Positions 41,377 through 51,686 of a stretch of DNA of 64,000 bases are shown piece by piece (positions within the stretch are counted from its first letter, which is position 1; each line of letters starts with the position of its first letter). The DNA comes from Candidatus Marinacidobacterales bacterium (GTDB lineage Bacteria > Acidobacteriota > Vicinamibacteria > Marinacidobacterales > SMYC01): positions 640,001 through 704,000 of the forward strand of contig CBDCYI010000011.1 of assembly GCA_965224085.1 (NCBI GenBank). Reading direction: 5' to 3'. The notes beneath the pieces are model-generated. The model made no database searches. It was not told where the DNA came from and worked only from the letters and a program-made list of their open reading frames with translations. A program made the translations under genes and the position numbers.

Positions 41377-42468
41377 ATGGCGCGCAGCACACCTAATGTT
41401 TTAAGCCTGTCCTTTCTGGACGCGATGACCTGCGGGTTCGGCGCCGTGGTGCTGCTCTTCATGATCCTCAGCGCCGGCTTCGGCGAGCGCTCGGGGAAAA
41501 TGAGCGGGGAGCTTCAAGGTGAGGTCGACCGTCTGCACAAGGAGGTTTTGGAGGGTTATCAGAACCTGGTGGTGCTCCGAAACTCCGTCACGGAGATCGA
41601 TCGGGAAAACGTCGTCACCGCGGGTCTTTCGAAGCGGCTCCTCGAGACCCTCGAGACGATTCGAGTCGAGCTGGCCAATGACGAGAACGAGACGCTGGCG
41701 CGACGAGAGCACGTCAACAAGCTCAAGGCGGATCTCAAATCGCTCGAGGAGGATGTCAAACGCCTTTCCGCGGCGGCCCCGAGCGAAGAGACGCCGGGCG
41801 ACAAGCTTCTGAGCTTCGTGGGAAGCGGGGACCGGCAGTACCTCACCGGCCTGAAGGTCGGCGGAAGACGTATTCTCGTGCTCGTCGACACCTCGGCGAG
41901 CATGCTGGGGGAGACCATCGTCAACATCATTCGCCGGCGCAACATGCCCGACGAGGCGAAGATCCGCGCCGCGAAATGGCAGCAGACCCTTTCGACGGTG
42001 AACTGGATCGCCACTCAGATCCCCCCCGCGAGCAGCTTTCAAATCTATACGTTCAACACTCGAGCAGGCGCCGTGGTGGCGGGGACCGACGGGACGTGGC
42101 TGAACGGGGGCAACCGTGGGGATCTCGACAAAGCAGTCCAGGCCTTCCGACGCGTGGTTCCGGAGGGCGGCACCAATCTCTATCAGGCCTTCAAGGCCAT
42201 CGAGACGCTGCGCCCGGCGCCGGACAATATCTTTCTTCTCACCGACGGGCTCCCCACACAAGGGAGGAAGCCGCCCCGTGGCCGTACCGTGTCCGGTAAG
42301 GATCGCGCCAAGTTTTTCAACGAAGCTCTCTCCAAGCTCAGCGGTAGAACCCCCGTCAACGTGATCCTCTTCCCCATAGAAGGCGATCCCCAGGCGCCCA
42401 GTGCCTTTTGGAAGCTGGCCGTCTCCTCGGGAGGCGCCTATGTGAGCCCTTCGGAGGACTGGCCATGA
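41377..42468 (+). CDS. vWA protein 1 with ExbD/TolR-like N-terminal anchor and coiled coil
   Basis: SLSFLDAMTCGFGAVVLLF; heptad-rich linker; MIDAS DTSAS...GGT...LTDG. Confidence 0.88.
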   Translation: MARSTPNVLSLSFLDAMTCGFGAVVLLFMILSAGFGERSGKMSGELQGEVDRLHKEVLEGYQNLVVLRNSVTEIDRENVVTAGLSKRLLETLETIRVELANDENETLARREHVNKLKADLKSLEEDVKRLSAAAPSEETPGDKLLSFVGSGDRQYLTGLKVGGRRILVLVDTSASMLGETIVNIIRRRNMPDEAKIRAAKWQQTLSTVNWIATQIPPASSFQIYTFNTRAGAVVAGTDGTWLNGGNRGDLDKAVQAFRRVVPEGGTNLYQAFKAIETLRPAPDNIFLLTDGLPTQGRKPPRGRTVSGKDRAKFFNEALSKLSGRTPVNVILFPIEGDPQAPSAFWKLAVSSGGAYVSPSEDWP

Positions 42469-42496
42469 AGAGAGCTCCCGGCGCGGTGGTGTAGAA

Positions 42497-43474
42497 GTGT
42501 TCAGCCTCTCTTTCCTGGACGTCATCTGTTGCGGCTTTGGCGCCATCATCCTACTTCTCGTATTGGTCAAGATTGGTGAGCCGAGGGCACTCGAAGCCGC
42601 TCAGGCGGAACGGATAGGCCTGGTGGCAAAGCTGCAAGAAGAGCTATACGAGATCCGGGGGGAGACGAACGTGCTCAACCGCAAGCTCGTGACGAAACGG
42701 GAGCAAGTCTCCGAGGAGACGGTCAAGGTTGCCAGGCTCCGGGGCGACCTCAGCAAGATCCAAGGACAATTTGCCGCCAGCGCGCAGCTCTCCCAAGTCA
42801 GCGACATCGTCGAGGGGAGGTTGTTGGCCGCGCAGCAGGAGCTGAGCGAAGAACAGAAGCGCCTTCGCGGCAAGCGCTCTCGGCCGCGCCCGAAAGACGC
42901 TCCCATCGGCGGGATCCCCGTGGACAGCGAGTACATCATCTTCATCATCGACACCTCGGGCAGCATGAAGAGATTCGCCTGGCCTCTGGTGATGAAGAAG
43001 CTAGTGGAGACGCTGAGCATCTACCCCAAAGTGAAGGGCATCCAGGTGATGAACGATATGGGGCAGTACCTGTTCAAGAGCTACTCGGGAAAGTGGATTC
43101 CCGACACGTCCGGCCGGCGCAAAGTGATTCTGGACCGGCTGCGTGGCTGGGCCCCGTTCAGCAACTCGAGCCCGGTGGAGGGGATCACCCGCGCCATACG
43201 AACCTACGCCAGCCGGGACCACAAGGTGAGTCTCTACATCTTCGGCGACGAGTTCACGGGAGATTCCATCGATGCGGTGGTGGAAACGGTGGATCGGATC
43301 AACCGGAAAGATGCCGATGGCCATCGTTTGGTGAGAATCCACGCCATCGGTTTCCCCACCGTGTTCTCGAATGCTGGATTTTCGCAGAACACCGGGATCC
43401 GCTTCGCCACCTTGATGCGCATCCTCGCCCGCAAAAACGGCGGCGCCTTCGTGGGACTGAGCCGGGCTCGGTAG
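42497..43474 (+). CDS. vWA protein 2 with ExbD/TolR-like N-terminal anchor and coiled coil
   Basis: SLSFLDVICCGFGAIILLL, DTSGSM and FGDE. The coupled ATG at 42465 is out of frame by 1 nt. Confidence 0.88.
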   Translation: MFSLSFLDVICCGFGAIILLLVLVKIGEPRALEAAQAERIGLVAKLQEELYEIRGETNVLNRKLVTKREQVSEETVKVARLRGDLSKIQGQFAASAQLSQVSDIVEGRLLAAQQELSEEQKRLRGKRSRPRPKDAPIGGIPVDSEYIIFIIDTSGSMKRFAWPLVMKKLVETLSIYPKVKGIQVMNDMGQYLFKSYSGKWIPDTSGRRKVILDRLRGWAPFSNSSPVEGITRAIRTYASRDHKVSLYIFGDEFTGDSIDAVVETVDRINRKDADGHRLVRIHAIGFPTVFSNAGFSQNTGIRFATLMRILARKNGGAFVGLSRAR

Positions 43475-43483
43475 CTCGTCGAC

Positions 43484-43592
43484 GGTATTGTCAAGTTGAG
43501 GGCTTCAAGGCCGATTCGACCCCAAGGTATGGGTTGACGGCGTGTCCTCGAGCCCCACGATATTGGGGCGCGATTCGACAACTAATAAGAAA
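43484..43592. repeat. MITE-like element, copy 2 (right end degenerate)
   Basis: Colinear with 12898-13006: GGTA.TGTC.AGTTGAGGG...CCGATTCGACCCCAAG...CCCACGATATTG.GGCGCGATTCG. Confidence 0.75.
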
Positions 43593-43804
43593 CTCAGGGT
43601 GTAGCGTTTGGGGGCAGTGACGTCAAAACCGAGCTCCCTCAGGCGTCGTGTTGAGCCGGTGCCACCTCCAGAGACTACCGCGTTTCATTCATTCGGGGTG
43701 GCCGTCAGGCCGTGGAAAACTTGACAGCAATGGTACCGCCCGCGTGGGCGGAGGTCATCGGGGAGTGACCGAAATCGTTCGTTCACTCGAAAGTACCTGA
43801 TGGC

Positions 43805-46202
43805 CTAACCTGTCGATGCCAGCGCTTTGAGCCGCTGCTCCGCATCCGCGGCTAGCCCATGTTTCCCTTTTAGGTCTCTAAGTCATCATAAACAAAGGAC
43901 TGAGATCCGCGGTTTGTCTCTACGCTGACAGCACCTCCTCGGAGAAGGCTGGCGGGTCGCGTTCAACGATTCCGAGTGCAGTCAGGATCGAGTTGGCGCG
44001 AGCGGTGCCGCGCGTGACGACGCGCTTGGTCCGCCCAGAACCCAGCTGTAAGTCGACGAGCCGGACCGAGCGTAGCGCTTGTAGTGCCTCGGTTGCGGAC
44101 AGGTCGAGTTCGGCGACCTTGAGCTTTTTCTCAAGAGCCCGATGCACAAGGAAGGCCAGCGTAGCTACGAAAAGATGTGCCTCCACACGCTCATCGGTCT
44201 GGTGGTAAACGGGACGCATCTCAATGACATCCTTAAGGCATGAGAAGGCTCGCTCGACCTCGTTTAGGTCCTTGTAAAGGCGCACGGCGTCGACCGGAGA
44301 GAGGTTTTGCTCCTCGGTTTGAATAACGTACTTACCCTCGTAGGCTTGCTCGCGCTTGAGGTTGACCGGGTGCTCGAAGAAGCGGAAGCGAGCGTTTTTG
44401 TACTCCCAGTCGTAGTAACGGTGACCGTGGTGGCGTGCCTGTATGCGCGCGGCGGCGGCACCGATTTTCTCGGGGGCTTTCAATCGTCCCTCGCGCACGC
44501 GGCGCTCAAGGGCCTCGAATGCCGCACGGGCACGTCCCATGGCCCGCAGCCTCTGCCCGCGCTCGTAGGCGAGCCTTTCGTCGCTGTGAACGACGAAGAT
44601 GCGCACGCCAGACTGCTCGGAGCGGACTTCTTGCACACGAGTCTTAGGTGGCTCGGCTTTTTCGCTCACCGTGATGCCACCAGGGCAGTCGATCCACTCT
44701 CCGCTGGCGCGCTCGATGTAACGATAGACCTCCTCGCGCCGTCGTCTTTGCAGCCCGACGAGATAGCCCTGCTTGCGCGAGCGCACCACCGCCAGGCTGT
44801 CGCTCGTTACCATCCCTCGGTCGCCGACAAAAACCACGCGGTGCAAACCGAATCGTTCGTTGAGATCGTTGAGCACCTGCGGCACCGTTTTCGCGTCACG
44901 CCAGTTGCCGGCGAAAACATGGTGGGCGATCGGCCAACCGTCCACCATCACCAGACCGACAAGCACTTGCCGGTTACGCGGTCTGCGGTCGCGACTGTAG
45001 CCGTGGGCGCCGAGCCCCGGAGGGCCTTGACCTTCGAAGTACGTCGACGTCAGGTCGTAAAACACCATGTCAACCTCAAGCGAAAACAGATCCCGCAAGC
45101 GCAAAAACAGCTCTTTCTCGATCTGTTCTTTGCGGGCATGCAGCTGGTCGAGCGTTCGGTACCATTGCTTGAGTTGGCAAAACTCCACGCGAACCCGCGG
45201 GGAGCGACTCGCTCGCCGCTCCCCATCATCGCGCCACTGCGGCACCCACCGCCGCCCCTGCCGGTCGCAGACGAAGTCGGTCTCGAGCCAGCGCGCCAGA
45301 CCGTGCTCGCTTGACGGAGCACATAGCCGGTTGGCGACCAGCACCAAAGCTCGCTCGCTTAGCGCCACTCCGTCGCGCTTGCCGCGGCCTCCGAGCCGGT
45401 CGAGAATCTGCTCCAGTCCGAGCTCGCGCCACAGCGTCGCCGTCACCACCATCGGACCCCAATCCCACGCGTCTGCCCCCGCGATCTGCTCGGCTGCTCG
45501 CTCGGTGTCGGCCGGTTCACCGGCCCCAAGCAACCGATTGAGGGAGTCGAGATTGGCAACTAGGAGATCCTTGCGCCCCAAGTTGCACACTACGCGTTGC
45601 TTCGGCTTGCCGTGCTCCCGATACGACTCGACCAGGCGGACATACTCATGTTGAACCCCTTTGCCGCCTGCGGCCCGAACGATGCGGAAGAACATAACCT
45701 GTCCTCACGCATACTACATATCATTGTCCACGATTACAACGTATTAATGGCGCTCAAAGCACAATATCTGTCTCTACGTTTTGGGCAAATTCAACCCCCG
45801 TTCCTTTGAATTCAGTCACTTACGAGCGTTAGGGTGCCCATAAAGGGTAAACATGGGCTAGTTCCCGGGTCAGATCGCCGGCGCCGATTTCGCGGCCGAG
45901 ACTGCCGCCTGTCCCGACCACAGCGAAGAGAAATCGCTGGACCCTGCCGCCTCCGCTTTTGCTTTCAGCGGCGCCAGGGCCCTGCCAGCCGTCGGGAACG
46001 CTGGCGCCCGGTCCGACATCGGCCCGACCTCCCGCATGACTCGATTCATCAGCCCCCGCGACGGTCTGCCGGAAAACACGTTGGTCCATGCAGTTTGGTC
46101 GTCACGCGCGGCGCGTAGTGCAGCGCGGTGTAGATCCGTGATCAACGACTCCGGCGTGAAAAGGTAAGCGGTGCCGATTTGAGCACCTGCCGCGCCGAGA
46201 GC
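43805..46202 (-). pseudogene. Nitronate monooxygenase C-terminal remnant split by IS1634
   Basis: GAQIGTAYL, TNVFSGRPSRG and SSLWSGQ motifs. DLTRE|LAADAEQRLKALASTG* resumes at 43855-43805 across the IS. Confidence 0.8.
43856..45857 (-). mobile_element. IS1634-family element (2002 bp) with an intact transposase at 43920..45695
   Basis: VFYDLTSTYFEG, GYSRD, VFVGDRGM and Y..L.EVERAF..LK motifs; IRs CCCATGTTT.CC.TT; CTAG on both flanks. Confidence 0.92.
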
Positions 46203-47688
46203 TGCTGCTCACACAGACCTCACGGACAATTGCGAGCAGGTTTTCGACGAGCCCCTGTTCTGGCGACACTCCAGACAGCAGGGCCGGCGCGTGAAGAGTT
46301 GTAGCGATAGCAACTCACTGCTCGATTGGCCGCGCTCCTGACCTGCTGCGCCCTCTTGCGGTGCTCGGAGAGCCGCTCTAGCAGATTCTCCTCACGGCCG
46401 AAGTACACCTCGTCTGGTGTACGACCGCCGAGAACGGCGCGCGCGATCTTTTCATTGTGCTCACCGACGTAGAAGGCGACGAGACGCCGTACCGCCGCCG
46501 TACTGTCGAGGGCGTTCAGGAAGAGCCATGCGTGCTTCAATTGTCGCCAAAACGCTTCGATCAAAGAGTTCGAGCAGACTATGTCGATTTGCGCGAGCAC
46601 GCGACTGAGAGAACTTGAATCCTTGAGAAGTTGATCTACCTCGCCGAAGTTCTCCGAACCGCCGTCGGTGACGACAAGCACGCTGGCGTTCGCTGCGGCG
46701 ACAGGGACGTTCTCTGAGGCCTCAATGAGCAGCTCGCGTGTTGTTGCCGAGCTCAGAGCGTCGCTCACCCGCCAAGCAAGAATCCTTCGGCTGAAGTTGT
46801 CGATGACCGCTTGGAGGTAGATTCGGATGCCGGTCGTCAGCCGGAGCACGGTTGTGTCGATTTGCCAATACTCGTTGGGCCGCGTTGCTCGGAGGCCTTC
46901 TTTGGGCTTCGCGGGATGCACCCGCCTTCGAGGACGCTTCCAGCTGCGCTCGTGGATCATCTTGTACCAAGTGCTCACACAGGCGAAGAGCTTGCCAAGG
47001 CGCTGCACGTAGAGAGCCACGTTCTGGATCGCTATATGACGATATGTCTCGGCCTCGACAAAATCCCTCATCGTGGAGACTTCGTCACGCGTGAGCTGGC
47101 TGGGAAAGGATTTCGGACAGCTCGATTGATCGTCAAGCCCGCAGCCCTCTTCTTTGCGTCGCCAAGCGTGATAACGCGCCGATGAGATGCCTACGATCTG
47201 AAGTGCGGTGCCCAGCGACAGCAGGCCGGTCGCCGACGCGATCGCGCGCAGAACGGCGGATTGTTTTGCACCATCGGGAAGGCGATCGCCGTCGAGTTTA
47301 CCGCCACGGAGATTCAACAGCCGCACCAGTAATCCGATGATCGCCGACTGCACTCTCGCTCGCTGACATAGTTTATCGACCTGCTCCAACAGTTCGTAGA
47401 CCTCTAGCTCAACGTCGACCGCAGCGACCACTGGACGCACCTCGCCACGTGCCCATGTGCGCCGCGTCGAGGCCGGGATGGAAACGTCCCGGAACAGGTC
47501 CGCGTTACCGGTCGCGGCGATGGCATCGCGCAGCCTATGGTCGTAGGTTTGTCGAACTCGGAGGCTTCCTTCCATGCCCAAGCATGGCAGGCAGCTATTC
47601 ACATGGCCAGCCGGCCACTCATAGAAGTCTGCGAACGATCCTGTCGAACGTTCGCTCTCCTTACTCCAGAATGATCGTGCGAGTAGCA
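46203..47688 (-). mobile_element. rve/DDE-type IS (IS3/IS481-like); transposase ORF 46220..~47560
   Basis: PNEYWQIDTT, VIDNFSRRILAW, TDGGSEN and NSLIEAFW motifs; imperfect IRs TGCT(G/A)CTC(A/G)CAC; no target duplication seen. Confidence 0.8.
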
Positions 47689-47926
47689 CTGCAGCGAAGC
47701 ACCAGGCCTTTGTCGGAACCGGCTACTTTGATGCCGTACAGAGCACGATCACCGGCGGCAAAGCATCGATAACCGCGATGCGAGGCAGCACGGAAGAAGC
47801 ACAGTTCTCCCTGCGAGAGGTCGACGAGTCGAACGAAGCGACCCGAACGTCGCCGACACTGGCGGCGCCATGATTGCGGGTCGTAGTGCCAACGACAGCT
47901 GAAGTCATTGCGGAACGGCTACACGG

Positions 47927-49633
47927 CTACGCTTTCGAATGAACCGTCTTGCCGCCGACGACCGTGCGCACGATTTCGATCTCCTTGATCGTGTCCGGGT
48001 CCGCCTCGCCGGGGTTTTGTCCGAGGACCACGAAGTCGCCGAATTTGTTCGGGCTAATCGATCCTTTGACGTCCTCTTCGAACGAGGCGTAGGCGCCGTT
48101 TACAGTGCAGATGCGGATGGCCTTCTCGACGCTGACCGCCTGGTTCGCACCCCATACCCTGCCTTCGACGTCCTTGCGCGTGACCATACTCTGGATGGCC
48201 ATCATCGGCTCGTAGGGGCCGGGTACGTAATCCGAGGCCCCGGCGACGCGAATGCCGTAATCGAGGAATGATTTGTGGGCGAACATCCATTTCATCTTCT
48301 CTTGACCGTACTCCTCCCACTTGCGGCCGTGGTAGTGGACGTAGGTGTAGAACGGCGTCGGGATGGATCCGGTGTCGCGAATGCGCGTTAGCAGGTCGTG
48401 GTTTACGAGAGAGCAGTGCTCGAGGCGATGGCGTGCGTCGGCGCGAGGCCATTTTTCGAGCACGCGCTCATAGGCGTTCAGCACCATGTCGATGGCGAGG
48501 TCGCCGTTCGCGTGGATACCGACCTGAAAGTCGTGGCGATGGGCATCCTCGACGGCTTCGTGTATTTCTTCTTGCGTCATCGTGAGGATGCCGTGGTCGT
48601 CGGGGCGTCCTTCATAGGGCGTGCTCATCGCCATCGTGCGGCCCGAGGCGGACCCGTCGGCGCCGAATTTAACGCCGCCCACTTTCAGCATGTCGTCGCC
48701 GAAGCCGGTATAGATACCGGCGGTCTTGCAGCCTTCGAACATCTCGCCCCGCACCATCATGTAAATGCGCATCTTGAGCTCGCTGTTGTGGTAGGCGTCC
48801 TGATAGGCGACGGCGGAGTCGGTGCCGCAGCCCGCGTCGTGCACCGTGGTCAGCCCGGATGAGGTCATCATCTCCGAGATGAGCTTGACGCCGGCGCGGC
48901 GCTGCTCGCGGGTGCTCCCGGAAGGCGTCACTTTGTTGAAGAAGGCGCTGGCGCGCTCGGCGACTTTGCCGAGTAGCTCGCCGTTGTCATCCTTATAAAT
49001 ATGCCCGCCGGGAGGGTCGGGCGTCTGTGCGGTGACGCCCGCGGCTTGGGCGGCTTTGGTGTTGAACCAATAGACGTGGCCGCCTCGGTGGGAGACGTAA
49101 ACGGGGTGGTTCGGTGCCGCTTCGTCGAGGTCCTTCCGATTGATCTGCCGGCCTTCGCGGACTTTCGTGTCGTCATATTTGAAGCCCATCACCCATTCGC
49201 CCGGAGGCGTTTTGGCGGCGCGCTCGCGGATCGCATCCTTGATGGCGTCGATGCTCCGGAGGTCGAGGTTCACGCTCACGATCTCGCGGACGCCGCCCGA
49301 GGCGGGATGCGAGTGCGCGTCGATGAATCCGGGCGTGACCATGAGCCCTTCGGCGTCGATCACCTCGGTACTGTGGTCGATGATGTTGCGGATGTCGTCG
49401 TTCGAGCCGATGGCGACGAAGCGGCCGTTCTTGACGGCGAAAGCTTCGGCGCTCGCGAGTTCGTCGTCCATCGTCATCACACGGCCGTTCACGAGTGCCA
49501 AGTCCGGTTTGGTGGCGTCGAGGGTGCCGCTTGATTGTGCGGCGGCTTTCGCGCCGTACATTCCGAAGGGGCCGACGCCTGCTGCCGCCGCGCCGGTCAT
49601 GCGTAGAAACTCAGAACGTGTGTACCTAGCCAT
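47927..49633 (-). CDS. Amidohydrolase_3 (YtcJ-like) with a Tat-like leader
   Basis: PGFIDAHSH, K..ADGS, HANGD, RLEH and ASD motifs; leader TRSEFL has one Arg of the twin-Arg motif. Confidence 0.9.
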   Translation of the reverse strand: MARYTRSEFLRMTGAAAAGVGPFGMYGAKAAAQSSGTLDATKPDLALVNGRVMTMDDELASAEAFAVKNGRFVAIGSNDDIRNIIDHSTEVIDAEGLMVTPGFIDAHSHPASGGVREIVSVNLDLRSIDAIKDAIRERAAKTPPGEWVMGFKYDDTKVREGRQINRKDLDEAAPNHPVYVSHRGGHVYWFNTKAAQAAGVTAQTPDPPGGHIYKDDNGELLGKVAERASAFFNKVTPSGSTREQRRAGVKLISEMMTSSGLTTVHDAGCGTDSAVAYQDAYHNSELKMRIYMMVRGEMFEGCKTAGIYTGFGDDMLKVGGVKFGADGSASGRTMAMSTPYEGRPDDHGILTMTQEEIHEAVEDAHRHDFQVGIHANGDLAIDMVLNAYERVLEKWPRADARHRLEHCSLVNHDLLTRIRDTGSIPTPFYTYVHYHGRKWEEYGQEKMKWMFAHKSFLDYGIRVAGASDYVPGPYEPMMAIQSMVTRKDVEGRVWGANQAVSVEKAIRICTVNGAYASFEEDVKGSISPNKFGDFVVLGQNPGEADPDTIKEIEIVRTVVGGKTVHSKA

Positions 49634-49646
49634 GTCTTACTTCTTT

Positions 49647-51677
49647 TCAGTTGCTGGGCGACGTGGTGCTCGCCGTCCCGTTTCCAATACGATATTTCTC
49701 GAACCATGCCAAGACGTATTCGACCTTCGCGATGAGCTGGCTCGGTCGCCGCACGATGTTATGTGATGCACCGGGAATGCGCACGAGGGCGGTGTCGATG
49801 CGCCGAAGCTTGAGCGCGTGGAAGAACTGCTCGGACTCCGAGAGCGGCGTTCTCAAGTCAGCGTCGCCCGTCAGCATCATCGTCGGCGTCGTAACGTTTC
49901 CGACGAGCGAGATGGGGGAGAACTTCATATACGCTTCCGGGTTTTCCCAGGGCGAGCCGGGGTAGCGGTAGTTGTGGTAGCCGTAATAGTTGTCGGCGAC
50001 GAGCACCTTGCTGTACCAGTTGATGACGGGCTTCGCCGCGACGGCGGCGCGGAAGCGGTCCGTCTTCCCGACGATCCATGCCGTCATGATGCCGCCAGCG
50101 CTTCCTCCTGTCACGAAAAGGTTGCGCGTGTCGATGGTGCCGCGGTCGATGACGGCGTCGACGCCCGACATCAAGTCGTCGTAATCTTGGCCGGGGTAGT
50201 CATGGTAGAGAAGGTCGCCGAACGCGGCGCCGTAGCTCGTGCTTCCCCGCGGATTCGCGTAGAGAACGACGTAGCCCGCGGTCGCGTAAAGTTGGATCTC
50301 GGAGGAGAAACGGTCGCCGTAATTCGAAACGGGGCCGCCGTGGATTTCGAGGAGGAGAGGATACTTTCGGCTCGGGTCGAAATCCGGCGGCGTCACGATC
50401 CAGCCTTGTATCCTGCGCTTGTCGAACGAGGACTCCCACCAAATCTCTTCGACGTTGCCAAGTGTCTTGTTTGCCAGGAGGTCGTTGTTCAGAAAGGTGA
50501 TGCGCTTGATACCCGCCTCATCGCGTGCACCGACGGCGACGTCGCCAGGATGTTCCGGCCGCGTCACCGTGAACGCGACTCGGCCGTCGTCGGAGGTCGA
50601 GAACGATCCGCCGCCATACGGACGACCATAGGAAGTCCCGCCGACATTATCGGCGAGCACGCGGACTTCGCCTTCGTGCGTGACGTGGGCGACCTTCGTG
50701 TTCCCCTCGTCGTCATATTGGAAAAAGATGCCGCGGCCGTCGAGTGCCCAAGCTGGGTTCGAGACAGAGCGGTCGAGGTCTTGGGTGAGAAGGCGCTTTC
50801 CGCTGCCATCCGCGCTCATCACGTAGAGCCCGGTCACTTGGTAGGTCCGAATATGATCGTCGTAGCCGAGATAGGCGATCTGGCGTCCATCGGGCGAAAC
50901 GGTGGGGCTTGTGTCCGGGCCGTTCCTGTCGGTGAGCGCTTGGACCGTGCCGTCGGCGACGGAGACCTTGTAGATCTCGGAGTTCCGGAACTCGTATTCC
51001 CAGTCTTCATTGCGGTTCGCGGAGAAGACGAGCGCTTGGCTGTCGGGCGTCCATACCGGTGCGTCTCGATGATGAAAGGGTCCCGAGGTCACTTGGCGCG
51101 GCGTCCCGCCTTCGACCGGAAGCACGAACAAGTGGTAATAGCCATGGTCGAGATAGCCGACGCCGTCGGCGCGGTTTTTCAAGCGTGTGATGAGCTTCGG
51201 GGGGTCGGCCCACTTGGCACCTTCGGGCTTTTTCGGGAGGGTCGCGAGATGCGGCGGCGGCTCGGGAACGAGCATCGACAACGCGATGTGCCGGCCGTCA
51301 GGCGACCATGCGACGGCGCGCGGCGATTCGGTGAACTGCGTGAGCTTGGCGGTGGCGCCGGTGTCCATCCAGCGCAAGTGGATTTGCGAGCCGTCGATAT
51401 AGGCGAGCTTCGTGCCGTCGGCGGACCAGCGAGCGGCGCTTCCGTTCGAAATCCGCCGGTGGTCGGTGCCATCGGTGTTCACGATCCAGAGCTCGCGGCG
51501 GCTTTTGTCCTCCATGATGTCCATGGAGTTTCTTTCGTAGAGGACCCGGCTTCCGTCCGGTGAGATCTGCGGGTTCGACGCCCACTCGAGCTCGAAAACG
51601 TCCATCGGCTCGAAGTGGCTTTGCGCGGCGACGCTGGCGGCGCACAGGATGGTGAGCGCAGCGATTAAGGGTCTCAT
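49647..51677 (-). CDS. S9 prolyl oligopeptidase/acylaminoacyl peptidase
   Basis: Signal peptide, TolB-like propeller, HGGP, GGSAGG, D.RTP and GASH. Confidence 0.95.
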   Translation of the reverse strand: MRPLIAALTILCAASVAAQSHFEPMDVFELEWASNPQISPDGSRVLYERNSMDIMEDKSRRELWIVNTDGTDHRRISNGSAARWSADGTKLAYIDGSQIHLRWMDTGATAKLTQFTESPRAVAWSPDGRHIALSMLVPEPPPHLATLPKKPEGAKWADPPKLITRLKNRADGVGYLDHGYYHLFVLPVEGGTPRQVTSGPFHHRDAPVWTPDSQALVFSANRNEDWEYEFRNSEIYKVSVADGTVQALTDRNGPDTSPTVSPDGRQIAYLGYDDHIRTYQVTGLYVMSADGSGKRLLTQDLDRSVSNPAWALDGRGIFFQYDDEGNTKVAHVTHEGEVRVLADNVGGTSYGRPYGGGSFSTSDDGRVAFTVTRPEHPGDVAVGARDEAGIKRITFLNNDLLANKTLGNVEEIWWESSFDKRRIQGWIVTPPDFDPSRKYPLLLEIHGGPVSNYGDRFSSEIQLYATAGYVVLYANPRGSTSYGAAFGDLLYHDYPGQDYDDLMSGVDAVIDRGTIDTRNLFVTGGSAGGIMTAWIVGKTDRFRAAVAAKPVINWYSKVLVADNYYGYHNYRYPGSPWENPEAYMKFSPISLVGNVTTPTMMLTGDADLRTPLSESEQFFHALKLRRIDTALVRIPGASHNIVRRPSQLIAKVEYVLAWFEKYRIGNGTASTTSPSN

Positions 51678-51686
51678 GGTTACCTC

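Noticed and set aside
40549-43474. Zorya defence system, Tol-Pal, TonB-ExbBD or flagellar stator
   Set aside because: No long ZorA tail, OmpA-type domain, helicase/nuclease, TolB/Pal, TonB receptor or flagellar genes; the partners are vWA proteins.
49818-51563. Long antisense ORFs (581 aa here; also 37898..39166, 41401..42570 and 60462..61553)
   Set aside because: These are shadow frames of GC-rich genes that carry clear family motifs on the opposite strand.
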